DNA of 32,000 nt from Candidatus Methylomirabilis oxygeniifera (GTDB lineage: Bacteria > Methylomirabilota > Methylomirabilia > Methylomirabilales > Methylomirabilaceae), in contig FP565575.1 of the NCBI GenBank assembly GCA_000091165.1, positions 750,001 through 782,000 of the forward strand. The letters run 5' to 3'. Shown here piece by piece: positions 7,426 through 16,237 of this stretch (position 1 is its first letter; every line of letters begins with the position of its first letter). A program made the position numbers and the translations under genes. Under the pieces are notes generated by a model. It did no database searches and was not told the DNA's origin. It saw nothing but the letters and a program-made list of their open reading frames with translations.

Positions 7426-8508
7426 ATGCGTATCTCCCGAACAGCGGCCCTGCTCACTGCAGGGTTTGTTCTTACCGCAGCGGCTCTTAGCGCGAATGAA
7501 CTGCGTAAAGGCCACTCCGACTACCTGGCGTCGCTGACGGAGCGCTCACTCAAAAAGGCCTTCCCTGCTCGCAGCGTGCGGCTGCTGGAGGTGGCTCCAG
7601 GCCCAGGCCGCGCCGCCGCCGCCAAGGCGATCCTCGCACGACTGGAACGAGGCGACCTTGGTCGGCGTCTCAGGCTCGCCGATCTGAAGCCGAGAACAGC
7701 GGACCGTCGTGTCCTCTCGTTTCTTGGTGAGGCGGGGTACTTGGATGTCATGGCCGACGGCTCGAAGCTGCGTGTCCGAGGAGCCATAGATGATACGAAG
7801 GAGATTGAACGCGCCGGCGCCGGTCGTATCGAGAAGAAAGCGCTGGAAGATTTAGGCCGTCGCTTCGTCCGTGAGGCGCTCTCGCCGTTGGTCAAGCTGG
7901 GTAAGGGCGAAACGCTGATGTTTCTTGGGGTGCGCTATCTGTACGACGGCGAGGCCGGTACGGAAGCGGCTACCGCGTCCCAAGAGCGCGAGCGGGTGAT
8001 TGCAAGCATCGCGATCTTTGGTCGCGAGGTGGCAGGCCTGCCAATTGTCGGTAGCGGATCGAAGGTGGCCGTATGGTTCGATAACTCCCGTGAACCCGTC
8101 GGCTTCGATGTAGACTGGCCGGTCTACCGCGTGTCGTCTCGTGTCCAGCGTGTGTTGTCACAGGCCGAGTTGGCGCGCCGCATCGCCACGACGACCGTGC
8201 CTCTCGGAGGCACCAAGGACATTACAGTCCGCCGCTTTGAGTGCGGCTATGTCGACCTTGGTGCTACCCGCCGCACGAAGGTTATGCAGGCCGGCTGCTC
8301 CATAGCGTTCGAGGGCCGCGGCGAAGGCGGCGAGGTTTGGGGACGCACGGAGTTTGTGCCGGCTGGTAGGCCCGCGCTAAAGGAGGCGCGGTGGCCGCTC
8401 GCCAATGCGCTAGCGGCGGGGGACGTGATCAACACCGGCACCGAGGAGTTCCAGCGCTTTCTCAACTCACCGAAGGCGCCAGACGAGGCTCCGCCTACGG
8501 CACAGTAA
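7426..8508 (+). CDS. secreted hypothetical protein
   Basis: ATG at 7426 lies 8 nt after GAGAGG. Signal peptide MRISRTAALLTAGFVLTAAALSA. It begins 18 nt after the upstream gene ends. I recognised no motif. Confidence 0.75.
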   Translation: MRISRTAALLTAGFVLTAAALSANELRKGHSDYLASLTERSLKKAFPARSVRLLEVAPGPGRAAAAKAILARLERGDLGRRLRLADLKPRTADRRVLSFLGEAGYLDVMADGSKLRVRGAIDDTKEIERAGAGRIEKKALEDLGRRFVREALSPLVKLGKGETLMFLGVRYLYDGEAGTEAATASQERERVIASIAIFGREVAGLPIVGSGSKVAVWFDNSREPVGFDVDWPVYRVSSRVQRVLSQAELARRIATTTVPLGGTKDITVRRFECGYVDLGATRRTKVMQAGCSIAFEGRGEGGEVWGRTEFVPAGRPALKEARWPLANALAAGDVINTGTEEFQRFLNSPKAPDEAPPTAQ

Positions 8509-8685
8509 GACACCCTCGGCATTTGAGTAGGTGAGCCGTGAGAAATGGAGATGAGTTGCGATTACTGATAGGCGGATGAGTATCGGACCTATACCGAGTT
8601 CCTGGGAAACAATGGTGGTTTTGTGCAGGTGAATCTGCTGTATAGGATGATGTAGTTAACTGCTGACAGCAAGGAGGCGGATGGC

Positions 8686-10851
8686 ATGAATGAGCGAGAA
8701 GAACGCCCGGCTAAGGAGCGCGTAGAGTTCAAGAAGCTTCTTGCGATCAATCCCAACTACTTTGGTAATCTGGAGAAGAGCGAGTTCAAACCCGTCAAGA
8801 AGATTGTCGGAAACACGACGTACGAGGAGGTGACCTGCGTCGGATTCAACCCGGCGCTCAACCTCCTCGAGGCGACCATTCAGATCAAACGACCCGGTGG
8901 CTACAATGGCACCCTCTGTACACCCGGATCGACCGAGTATGTTCGATTCTTTATCGACTACGGCGCCGGCTGGATCGACGTCGGTCTCGCCTCCTTCAAC
9001 GCACATGACATCGCTAACGCTGTCGACTGCGCGAACCATCCCGATAAGCCCATCTCCTACGTCGTGACACTCTCCCTCGACCCCCAGCGGGATACCTGCA
9101 AACACCCCGTTCTGCCGAAGGTCCGCGCCATCCTCTCATGGCAGTTGATGCCTCCGGCGGCGGCCTCGAATTGGCCGCCAATCTGGGGTAACGTACTCGA
9201 CCAGCACATCCAGATCAAGCCGCGGCGCCCGATATTCGGCGACATCTTCGAGGTTATCCCCAAGGACGTGCTGAAGGACCTTCCACCCCTGATCGAGGAG
9301 GTCAAGCCGTTTCCCATCCCACTGCCCGATCCCCCACCGTTGTCCGTGAGCGATCTCGCAGAACTCTATCACGTCAAAGAGAAGACCATGAGCGCCGGTG
9401 TAGAACCCCACCGGTTCGGGCTGGCGCACCTACAGGCGTTGGTGGCATCGGGGACCCAGGACATGCTGTCCGGCGCCAACGTGGAGTGGAAGGCCGCCGG
9501 TATTGATCTGGCTGGGGCACTGGCCGCCCTCGACAAGACCAAGGCGGACGTCTCATATGAAGAACTCAAATGCCTGGGACTGGAGTATAACCTGGATCGC
9601 CTGGTCGCGACCTTCAGGATCAAGCGACCAAGCGGATACTCAGGCAATCTGTGCGCTCAGGGGAGTCAGGAATACGTAGCCTTCTGGGCGGACTGGGACG
9701 ATACGTGCGAGTGGACGTACCTCAATACCGTTACGGTCAACGTCCACGATATCTCGACGATTCCGGCCGACGGGCTCGCCTACAGCGCGATCCTGCCGGT
9801 GGACCTGAACGCCGTCCGGCGTCCCTGCGGCGGCCCGGGTGGCGGGCCGAAGATCGCGCGCATCCGAGCTGTCTTATCGTGGAACAGCCCGCCGTCGACA
9901 ACCGATCCTGACGCGCTGAATCACTGGGGCAACCGTCTGGACGCGCATGCGCAGATCCGCCCCGGCGCCTCGGTCCCCGGAGATCAGCCGTTTATCAGTG
10001 CCATCGGCGGCATCGGCGTCGCCGACATCAACGTCCTCGGCAACGGCATGACTAAGCCCACAGCGACATTCGGCTTCAGCGGCCTCGCTGCCGATTATCC
10101 ATGGCTGCTGAGCCGTGAATGCCCATTCGGCGGCCTGATCATCGTCCAGGGGCCGCCCGTACTCGGGTTCAAGTACCGGCTCTGGGCGCGGGAGTTCGGC
10201 AACGCGATGACCGAGCAGATTGTGACGGACCAGTTCCATGTGATGAACTGGCTCGGGGTCGGATCCGACATCGCGCCGGATCCAATCACGGGCTACGCCA
10301 CCTACATGGATACGCTCTCAAACATGAACCAGGTGCTGGCGCACTGGACGCCGCCGGGAGACGCTCTGTGGGAAATCCGGGTGGAGATGGCCACGCTGGG
10401 CGACGTCGTCGTTGGGACCACTGTGTGGCACAGCATCCAGCTCGATAATACGGCGCCGCGCCGCAAGCCGGCCGTGCTGCCGTTCGAGCCGCCGGCGGTA
10501 ACCTGCGAGATCCACATCGACAGCGGTGGCGACTGCAAGGACTTCACCCAGGGGACGGTGATCCAGGGGCACTTCGTTGCGCGGGACACGCATTTCGGCG
10601 GGTTCTCTCTGACCACACTGCCGTCAAGCATGTTGCCGAACAGTCCCACAACAGCGACGCCGACCACCTCGCAGACGGCCTCGTTTGCCGCCGGCGGCGA
10701 CGAATGGGAGCTTGCCACCATAGGCATGCAACCCTGTGGCTATGTTGTGCTGTTACAGGTCTGGGATCGCTCGATCGTCGGAAGCCGACCCGACTCGCAC
10801 AACTACAACTACTACGACGTGGGGTTCTGTCTGAGGGCGGCGAGTAAGTAG
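8686..10851 (+). CDS. large hypothetical protein (721 aa) with a tandemly duplicated N-terminal domain, no signal peptide
   Basis: AAGGAGG RBS (8671-8677). Long ORF with an internal duplication and a Pro-rich linker (PFPIPLPDPPP). Confidence 0.85.
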   Translation: MNEREERPAKERVEFKKLLAINPNYFGNLEKSEFKPVKKIVGNTTYEEVTCVGFNPALNLLEATIQIKRPGGYNGTLCTPGSTEYVRFFIDYGAGWIDVGLASFNAHDIANAVDCANHPDKPISYVVTLSLDPQRDTCKHPVLPKVRAILSWQLMPPAAASNWPPIWGNVLDQHIQIKPRRPIFGDIFEVIPKDVLKDLPPLIEEVKPFPIPLPDPPPLSVSDLAELYHVKEKTMSAGVEPHRFGLAHLQALVASGTQDMLSGANVEWKAAGIDLAGALAALDKTKADVSYEELKCLGLEYNLDRLVATFRIKRPSGYSGNLCAQGSQEYVAFWADWDDTCEWTYLNTVTVNVHDISTIPADGLAYSAILPVDLNAVRRPCGGPGGGPKIARIRAVLSWNSPPSTTDPDALNHWGNRLDAHAQIRPGASVPGDQPFISAIGGIGVADINVLGNGMTKPTATFGFSGLAADYPWLLSRECPFGGLIIVQGPPVLGFKYRLWAREFGNAMTEQIVTDQFHVMNWLGVGSDIAPDPITGYATYMDTLSNMNQVLAHWTPPGDALWEIRVEMATLGDVVVGTTVWHSIQLDNTAPRRKPAVLPFEPPAVTCEIHIDSGGDCKDFTQGTVIQGHFVARDTHFGGFSLTTLPSSMLPNSPTTATPTTSQTASFAAGGDEWELATIGMQPCGYVVLLQVWDRSIVGSRPDSHNYNYYDVGFCLRAASK
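8818..9222 (+). repeat. domain copy 1 of the intragenic duplication (aa 45-179)
   Basis: TYEEVTCVGF..ATIQIKRPGGYNGTLCTPGSTEYVRF..AHDI..KVRAILSW..WGNVLDQHIQIKP aligns with copy 2. Confidence 0.8.
9553..9963 (+). repeat. domain copy 2 of the intragenic duplication (aa 290-426)
   Basis: SYEELKCLGL..ATFRIKRPSGYSGNLCAQGSQEYVAF..VHDI..RIRAVLSW..WGNRLDAHAQIRP. Similarity is at the protein level only, so the duplication is old. Confidence 0.8.
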
Positions 10852-11142
10852 CCGGGTTGCCGGTCGAAGAACAATACGGACAAGGAACCCGATCAAGCGA
10901 AACGTGAGGTAGTATGTTGCTTAGCGGATGGAAAAGGAGTATTTGTAAGTAACGTATGACCGTGCCCAATCAACCGGAATAAGCTCGGCCAACCTTAAGT
11001 AGGGGAACACTCACGCTAACGCGTAAGAGGGACTTCAGCAGTCCCCCAGATCAGATTCGCATCGGCGGTAGAGTTTCTGACCATGCGAGAGGGGTCCACC
11101 CAAGTCATCGGACAAAACTAAACGAAAAAAGGAGACGAACAC

Positions 11143-12057
11143 ATGGCGGAGACAAATGAGCGTCGGGGAATGGGGTGGTTGCCGGACTACCCCAGTTTTC
11201 GCGATCACACAGTCGATCTGGATGAGCTGCCCCAACGGCTAAAGGATGTAGGACAGCGCGAGTCAGTGAAGGCGATGCTGAAAAAGGTCGGCGTTGCGGC
11301 GCCACTGAAGGCGCCGCCGGCCTCAGTTGATCTTCGGGCCTGGTGCTCCGCTATCGAGGATCAGGGCGCCTTAGGCTCCTGCACGGCGAATGCCGGGGTA
11401 GGAATAGTGGAGTATTTTGAGTATCGAGCCTTCGGACGTCACCTGGATGCCTCCCGGCTCTTTTTGTATAAAGCGACCAGAAACCTGATGCATCTGACAG
11501 GCGATACGGGCGCCTTCCTCAGGACCACGATGGGGGCCCTGGTGCTGTTCGGTGTCCCGCCCGAGGAGTACTGGTTGTATACCGTCGCCGATTTTGATAA
11601 GGAGCCTACTGCGTTCTGCTATGCCTTCGCCCAGAACTATCAGGCGATTCAGTACTACCGTCTCGATCCACCAGGCACCAGTAAGCCGACCCTGCTCACC
11701 CGGATTAAGACCAACCTGGCCGGCGGGCTGCCGTCGATGTTTGGTTTTACGGTCTACACCTCGATCTCGCAGGCGGCCGGAAACGGCAAGATTCCTTTTC
11801 CGACTGCCGGCGAGAAGGTAGCGGGTGGCCACGCCATCGTGGCCGTGGGGTACGATGACGCGCTGAAGATTAAGAATACGAATCCCGGCGGTGCAGCAAC
11901 GACGGGGGCGCTGCTGATTCGGAACTCGTGGGGAACGGGATGGGGCGACCAGGGGTACGGTTGGCTCCCTTACGACTATGTGTTGAAAGGGCTGGCTGTG
12001 GATTGGTGGTCACTCCTTAAGAACGAGTGGATAGATACCGGGGCGTTCAAGGTATAA
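11143..12057 (+). CDS. papain-family (C1) cysteine peptidase, no signal peptide
   Basis: DQGALGSCTANA (Gln/Cys), GGHAIVAVGYDD (His), IRNSWGTGWGDQGYGWLPY (Asn/Trp). AAAAAGGAGA RBS. Confidence 0.9.
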   Translation: MAETNERRGMGWLPDYPSFRDHTVDLDELPQRLKDVGQRESVKAMLKKVGVAAPLKAPPASVDLRAWCSAIEDQGALGSCTANAGVGIVEYFEYRAFGRHLDASRLFLYKATRNLMHLTGDTGAFLRTTMGALVLFGVPPEEYWLYTVADFDKEPTAFCYAFAQNYQAIQYYRLDPPGTSKPTLLTRIKTNLAGGLPSMFGFTVYTSISQAAGNGKIPFPTAGEKVAGGHAIVAVGYDDALKIKNTNPGGAATTGALLIRNSWGTGWGDQGYGWLPYDYVLKGLAVDWWSLLKNEWIDTGAFKV

Positions 12058-12123
12058 ACTCCAGGATGGTGTGCTGTATCGCATGTCTGGAGAAGGCAGG
12101 GGACGCGAAAGGCAGAAAAAGAC

Positions 12124-12152
12124 TTGAACAGTTCCTTGCGGTACGCTATGGT
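12124..12152 (+). promoter_or_regulatory. candidate sigma70 promoter for the TPR/M48 pair
   Basis: TTGAAC (12124-12129), 17-nt spacer, TATGGT (12147-12152). Confidence 0.4.
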
Positions 12153-12291
12153 ATTTTTTATAAGGGCGGAAGCCGGTTAAGCCCAGGTTGCGTGTCGGAT
12201 CCGGATAAGGTGGTAAACGGCCACATCCCGCACGCCTAACGTCGTCACGTGTCGATCGCGATCCTCTATTATCCCGACGCTACGCCGTATA

Positions 12292-12750
12292 ATGGTCTCA
12301 TTGATCTTCTGCTGCAGTTCGAACCGTCGCAGGAAGCAGCGGCGCGCGTGCGCTCTTGCGACGGTGTCGGTTCTCTTCGCCCTCCAAGGGGCAAGCCTCG
12401 CGCGTGAGGGGAAGTCGCCCGAGACTGAGCGCAGGCCGCCCGCTCATCTGGCGACAACGGCGGACGCGCATTACGAACTTGGGGTTTCGTACCACGAGCA
12501 GATGTTTGTCAATCTCGACCAGGCGATTGCCGAATATGAGCAGGCGATCAAGCTTCGGAACGATTTTGCTGAGGCGCACTACCACCTGGGGCTTTCCTAC
12601 CATACGAAGGCTAAATTGGGCGCTGACGATAAGGTCCTGTACCGTAAGGCGCTGAAAGAGTACAAGGCGTATCTGACCCTGCTTCCGAAGGGCTCATTAG
12701 CCGAAAAGGCCAGGCAGAATATTAAAGCAGTGGAGCAGAGGCTTCGATAA
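12292..12750 (+). CDS. secreted TPR-repeat protein
   Basis: N-terminal basic and hydrophobic signal (RRKQRRACALATVSVLFALQGASLA). Two or three TPR-like units (AHYELGVSYH ... AIAEYEQAIKL ... AEAHYHLGLSYH). Confidence 0.75.
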   Translation: MVSLIFCCSSNRRRKQRRACALATVSVLFALQGASLAREGKSPETERRPPAHLATTADAHYELGVSYHEQMFVNLDQAIAEYEQAIKLRNDFAEAHYHLGLSYHTKAKLGADDKVLYRKALKEYKAYLTLLPKGSLAEKARQNIKAVEQRLR

Positions 12751-12775
12751 GCTCGCGGTGTGGGGGGTACGAGTA

Positions 12776-13831
12776 ATGGATTGTTGTTGCGGCGTCGGCA
12801 GGCGTGATTTCTTGCTGCTGGCTGTCGGGTCCCTGCTTGGACTCATGTCGCCTTTGCGCGCCTATGGTTTTACGATCATCTCTGAATCTGAGGAGAACGA
12901 GATCGGCAAGAAGGCGGATCAGGAGATTCTTGCGCATTTCGGTCGTTATCGCGACCAGCAATTGCAAGCATATGTGGAGTCGATCGGTCAGCGACTGCTG
13001 GAAGGGATCGGCCCAACCAGTTTCCACTACAGTTTCAAGATCGTCGATGTTCCGGACGTGAACGCGATGGCCCTGCCGGGAGGCTATATCTACATTACCA
13101 GAGGGATGCTGGCGATGTTGAACAGCGAGGCGCAGCTCGCGGGGGTCCTCGGCCACGAGATCGGTCACGTGACCTCCCGTCATGCGGCGAAACAGCTCAC
13201 GAAAGCCTTAGGTGCGCAAATCCTGTCGCTGGGTCTCATGGCCGTGAGCCCCGGCGGTCGCCAGAATACGGGAGAGTGGGCACAGGTGTCATCGGCCCTT
13301 TTCAGCCATGTCCTCATGGGATACGGCCGGGAGGCGGAGATGGAGGCTGACGAGCGCGGACTTCGCACAGCCTACCGCGCCGGCTATGATCCTGGAGAGA
13401 TGGTCGCATTCCTCACTGCGATGAAGGTAAAGGAACGACTGGAAGCACTCGGTTATCACGGCTTTCAAGGGACCCATCCGGAGACGATCGATCGCGTCGT
13501 GAAGGCTGAAACCATGGCCTCCATTCTCATTGAGCAGGGCAGCGGCGCTCTCGAAGTGAAGACGAACGAATACAAAGCGCACCTCGACGGTTTGATCTAT
13601 GGGACGAAGCGGGATCGTCGGCGTCTGAAGATCTATGTTGCCAAAGGCGGAGAGACACCGACAACGGTGGCCAGGGATATCCTTGGCGACCAGCAACTGG
13701 CGTGGGAGGTGGCGACCCTGAATGGGATCAAAGAAGCGACGGTCTTCCGTGAGGGAGACCAGGTGAAACTGCTGCCGCCTGTGTCTACGGGTTCGCCTGA
13801 AGGGCGACAGTTGAGGCTTTCCCCCAACTGA
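12776..13831 (+). CDS. M48-family zinc metallopeptidase with a C-terminal LysM-like domain
   Basis: HEIGHV (HExxH) with a downstream EMEADE. Tat-like GRRDFLLLAV signal. The C-terminal segment YVAKGGETPTTVARDI...LNGI...GDQVKLL resembles LysM. ATG at 12776 is preferred over the track start at 12758. Confidence 0.88.
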   Translation: MDCCCGVGRRDFLLLAVGSLLGLMSPLRAYGFTIISESEENEIGKKADQEILAHFGRYRDQQLQAYVESIGQRLLEGIGPTSFHYSFKIVDVPDVNAMALPGGYIYITRGMLAMLNSEAQLAGVLGHEIGHVTSRHAAKQLTKALGAQILSLGLMAVSPGGRQNTGEWAQVSSALFSHVLMGYGREAEMEADERGLRTAYRAGYDPGEMVAFLTAMKVKERLEALGYHGFQGTHPETIDRVVKAETMASILIEQGSGALEVKTNEYKAHLDGLIYGTKRDRRRLKIYVAKGGETPTTVARDILGDQQLAWEVATLNGIKEATVFREGDQVKLLPPVSTGSPEGRQLRLSPN

Positions 13832-13985
13832 TCCATCCTGCCGTGTCTGCGTTGAATCTGAGAGGGTTCATTCCCCGCGGCTTGCCGCAAGTTCGTCATA
13901 CCGGCGGACCCCGGATCGGAGTCCGGGGCAGGCGCCGGAATCAGAGGGCCACGCTGGATTCTTCCGTATCCGGTACGGGGCAGGC

Positions 13986-14014
13986 TTGTCAAGCACGGAA
14001 TGACGGACTAGAAC
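13986..14014 (+). promoter_or_regulatory. candidate sigma70 promoter for ubiE/prenyltransferase
   Basis: TTGTCA (13986-13991), 17-nt spacer, TAGAAC (14009-14014). Weak -10. Confidence 0.3.
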
Positions 14015-14093
14015 AGAAGACGATACCTCGCAGTAAGCTGCGGGGTTCTTCAAAGGGGGAGGGTGTAAGGTTCGGAACGGAGGGATCGATCGC

Positions 14094-14816
14094 ATGCGGG
14101 TGGATGGAAGGATAAGAGATGGCGACACCATTCGCCGGATGTTCGGCGGCATTGCGCCTCGATACGATCTCCTCAATCGTCTGCTCAGCGCTGCGCGCGA
14201 CCGCTACTGGCGCCGGGAGGCCGTCGCTCACACTCGGCTCCCCTCCGGTGGAGCCGCGCTCGATGTCTGCACCGGGACTGCCGATATGGCCCTGGAATTG
14301 GCCAGGCAGTTCCCCTCAGCCGGGACGATTATCGGCGTAGACTTCTGCCTGCCGATGATACGTATCGCGGCGGAAAAGGTCGCTCGCAAGGGCCTGACCG
14401 GTCGTATCCGGCTGCAAGCCGCCTCCGCCGAGGCCTTACCGTTCGACGCTAATACCTTCGACGCCGTCACCATCGCCTTCGGGATCCGCAACGTCGTAGA
14501 TCGCAAGTGCGGGTTGTCGGAACTCTGTAGAGTGCTGCGTCCGGGGGGCGTGGGCGTCATCCTGGAGTTCGCCACGCCCCGTGGGCCGTTCTTCGGGTGG
14601 CTCTATCGTGTCTATTTCCATCGCGGGCTTCCCTGGCTGGGTGGCCTGATTTCAGGGGATCCTCAGGCGTACAGGTACCTTCCGACCTCCGTGTCCGCCT
14701 TCCCCGCCCCGCAGGAACTGTCCAGGATGATGGAAGAGGTGGGCTTCCGTGATGTTCACTTCCGCACCCTGACCGGTGGGATTGTCACCCTTCATATGGG
14801 AACGAAATCGGCGTGA
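14094..14816 (+). CDS. ubiE: demethylmenaquinone / ubiquinone C-methyltransferase (UbiE/MenG family)
   Basis: N-terminal MFGGIAPRYDLLNRLLS signature, SAM motif LDVCTGTADMA, and the PGG region. Confidence 0.9.
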   Translation: MRVDGRIRDGDTIRRMFGGIAPRYDLLNRLLSAARDRYWRREAVAHTRLPSGGAALDVCTGTADMALELARQFPSAGTIIGVDFCLPMIRIAAEKVARKGLTGRIRLQAASAEALPFDANTFDAVTIAFGIRNVVDRKCGLSELCRVLRPGGVGVILEFATPRGPFFGWLYRVYFHRGLPWLGGLISGDPQAYRYLPTSVSAFPAPQELSRMMEEVGFRDVHFRTLTGGIVTLHMGTKSA

Positions 14817-15685
14817 ACCTGCTGCGACCGGCCATTCATAAAACAGCCCTGTATCTGGAACTGGTGAAGTTTTCTCACACCGTCTTCGCGCTTCCGTTTG
14901 CCTTGATGGGCGCCATTCTGGCAGCCCGAGGGATCCCGACGCCGCCGACGCTCTTCTGGATTGTAGTGGCCATGGTCGGCGCCAGAAGCGGCGCCATGGC
15001 GATCAACCGGCTGGCCGACCAGGAGTTCGACGCGCGAAATCCCCGCACACAGGAGCGAGCCCTGCCGAAGGGAATAGTCCGGCGCGGAGAGGTGATCCTG
15101 TTCACGCTTGGGTCGTTCACACTCTTCCTATTCGCCGCCTCCCGGCTGAATCCGCTTTGCCTGAAGTTGGCTCCCCTTGCGATGGCGGTGCTGATTCTGT
15201 ACTCTTACACCAAGCGCTTCACGTTTCTCTCTCACCTGGTGTTAGGGCTGGCGCTGGCTATAGCGCCTCTGGGCGCGTGGATCGCTGTGACCGGGGAGCC
15301 GGCAGCGGTTCCGATTGTGCTCGGTATTGCCGTGCTCTTCTGGGTAGCCGGGTTTGACATCCTGTACGCCATGGCTGATATCGACTGTGATCGAGCGGCG
15401 GGCCTCCATTCGATTCCGGCCAGGTTCGGAATACCGACCGGGATGGCCATCTCTCGATCCTTTCACGCGGCGACCCTGTTGCTCCTCTTCCTGCTGATGT
15501 TTCTTTCGGATCTACGCAGTTTCTATCTGGCCGGCGTCCTCCTTGCCACGGGCCTCCTGGTGTATGAGCACCTGCTGCTTCTCCGCTGCGGCCTCAATCG
15601 ACTCGACGCCGCCTTTTTCACGGCCAACGGTCTGCTCAGCATTTCCCTGTTCTGTTTTACCCTTCTCGATGTTGTGCTGTTGTAG
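14813..15685 (+). CDS. UbiA-family aromatic prenyltransferase (4-hydroxybenzoate polyprenyltransferase-related, possibly the menaquinone MqnP type)
   Basis: NRLADQEFDARNPRT (NxxxDxxxD) and a second Asp-rich motif YAMADIDCD. Multiple transmembrane segments. GTGA start/stop overlap with ubiE. Confidence 0.85.
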   Translation: MNLLRPAIHKTALYLELVKFSHTVFALPFALMGAILAARGIPTPPTLFWIVVAMVGARSGAMAINRLADQEFDARNPRTQERALPKGIVRRGEVILFTLGSFTLFLFAASRLNPLCLKLAPLAMAVLILYSYTKRFTFLSHLVLGLALAIAPLGAWIAVTGEPAAVPIVLGIAVLFWVAGFDILYAMADIDCDRAAGLHSIPARFGIPTGMAISRSFHAATLLLLFLLMFLSDLRSFYLAGVLLATGLLVYEHLLLLRCGLNRLDAAFFTANGLLSISLFCFTLLDVVLL

Positions 15686-15829
15686 CGAGAGTAGAGATGG
15701 AAGGCGGTGGACGTCCTCGACGGTGTCAGACACTTAGGGTTGCAGAATGCGGCACAATAGAGCATCCTGAGACGTGAATCTGCAACCTATCCGCAACCCC
15801 TGGGCTACCGGGGGGAGGGTGGTGACGTC

Positions 15830-16084
15830 ATGCTTGTCAGAAAATGCTTTATGGGAGCGCTCGTGGGGATGTCCGGAGGATTCCTCGTCGGTCTCATTGG
15901 AGCATTTGTTCTCGGACCGCTGTGGATGATTGCATCTGAGGGAGGTGCTCCGCCGCCAGTGAATCTCATAAGCCTGGTCTTGCTTCTTACGATTCCTACC
16001 GGCCTCATCATTGGGATCATGGTCCCGATTCGCAAGGCATCGAGGCGCCGTCAGGCAGCCAAAGCGGAGGAGGAGACTCGCTGA
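15830..16084 (+). CDS. small membrane protein, hypothetical
   Basis: Two or three hydrophobic helices and a basic C-terminal tail. G-rich RBS region upstream. Confidence 0.45.
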   Translation: MLVRKCFMGALVGMSGGFLVGLIGAFVLGPLWMIASEGGAPPPVNLISLVLLLTIPTGLIIGIMVPIRKASRRRQAAKAEEETR

Positions 16085-16093
16085 CGCCGTGAT

Positions 16094-16137
16094 CCTTTTT
16101 GAATCGATAACAAAAAAGGGCAGCGGCTTGATGCCGC
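16094..16137. terminator. terminator-like hairpins between the convergent small membrane gene and tRNA-Ala
   Basis: CCTTTTTG/CAAAAA(A)GG hairpin plus a GCGGC/GCCGC hairpin. On the minus strand the latter is followed by CCCTTTTTTG. The stems are short. Confidence 0.35.
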
Positions 16138-16153
16138 AACCCCTTGATGTAAT

Positions 16154-16229
16154 TGGTGGAGCTGACGGGATTCGAACCCGTGGCCTCCTGACTGCCAGTC
16201 AGGCGCGCTCCCAACTGCGCCACAGCCCC
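16154..16229 (-). tRNA. tRNA-Ala (anticodon GGC)
   Basis: The reverse complement folds as a canonical cloverleaf with the G3:U70 Ala identity pair. Anticodon loop CTGGCAG, T arm ACGGG/TTCGAAT/CCCGT, encoded CCA. Confidence 0.95.
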
Positions 16230-16237
16230 ACATTGGT

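Noticed and set aside
8546-8626. Sigma54-like TGG...TTGC/TGC elements upstream of the 721-aa gene (8546-8560, 8613-8627).
   Set aside because: GG and GC are separated by 9 nt rather than the near-invariant 10 nt, so they do not qualify as -24/-12 promoters.
10907-10921. Sigma54-like AGGTAGTATGTTGCT upstream of the C1 peptidase gene.
   Set aside because: The spacing is again GG-N9-GC, and the site lacks the T before GG.
3837-16229. The idea that the 12-kb segment between tRNA-Thr and tRNA-Ala is a genomic island.
   Set aside because: There is no integrase, transposase or direct repeat of either tRNA 3' end. The segment also contains core-like genes (ubiE, prenyltransferase, M48 protease), and apart from the 3.9-4.6 kb spacer its composition looks like the rest of the window.
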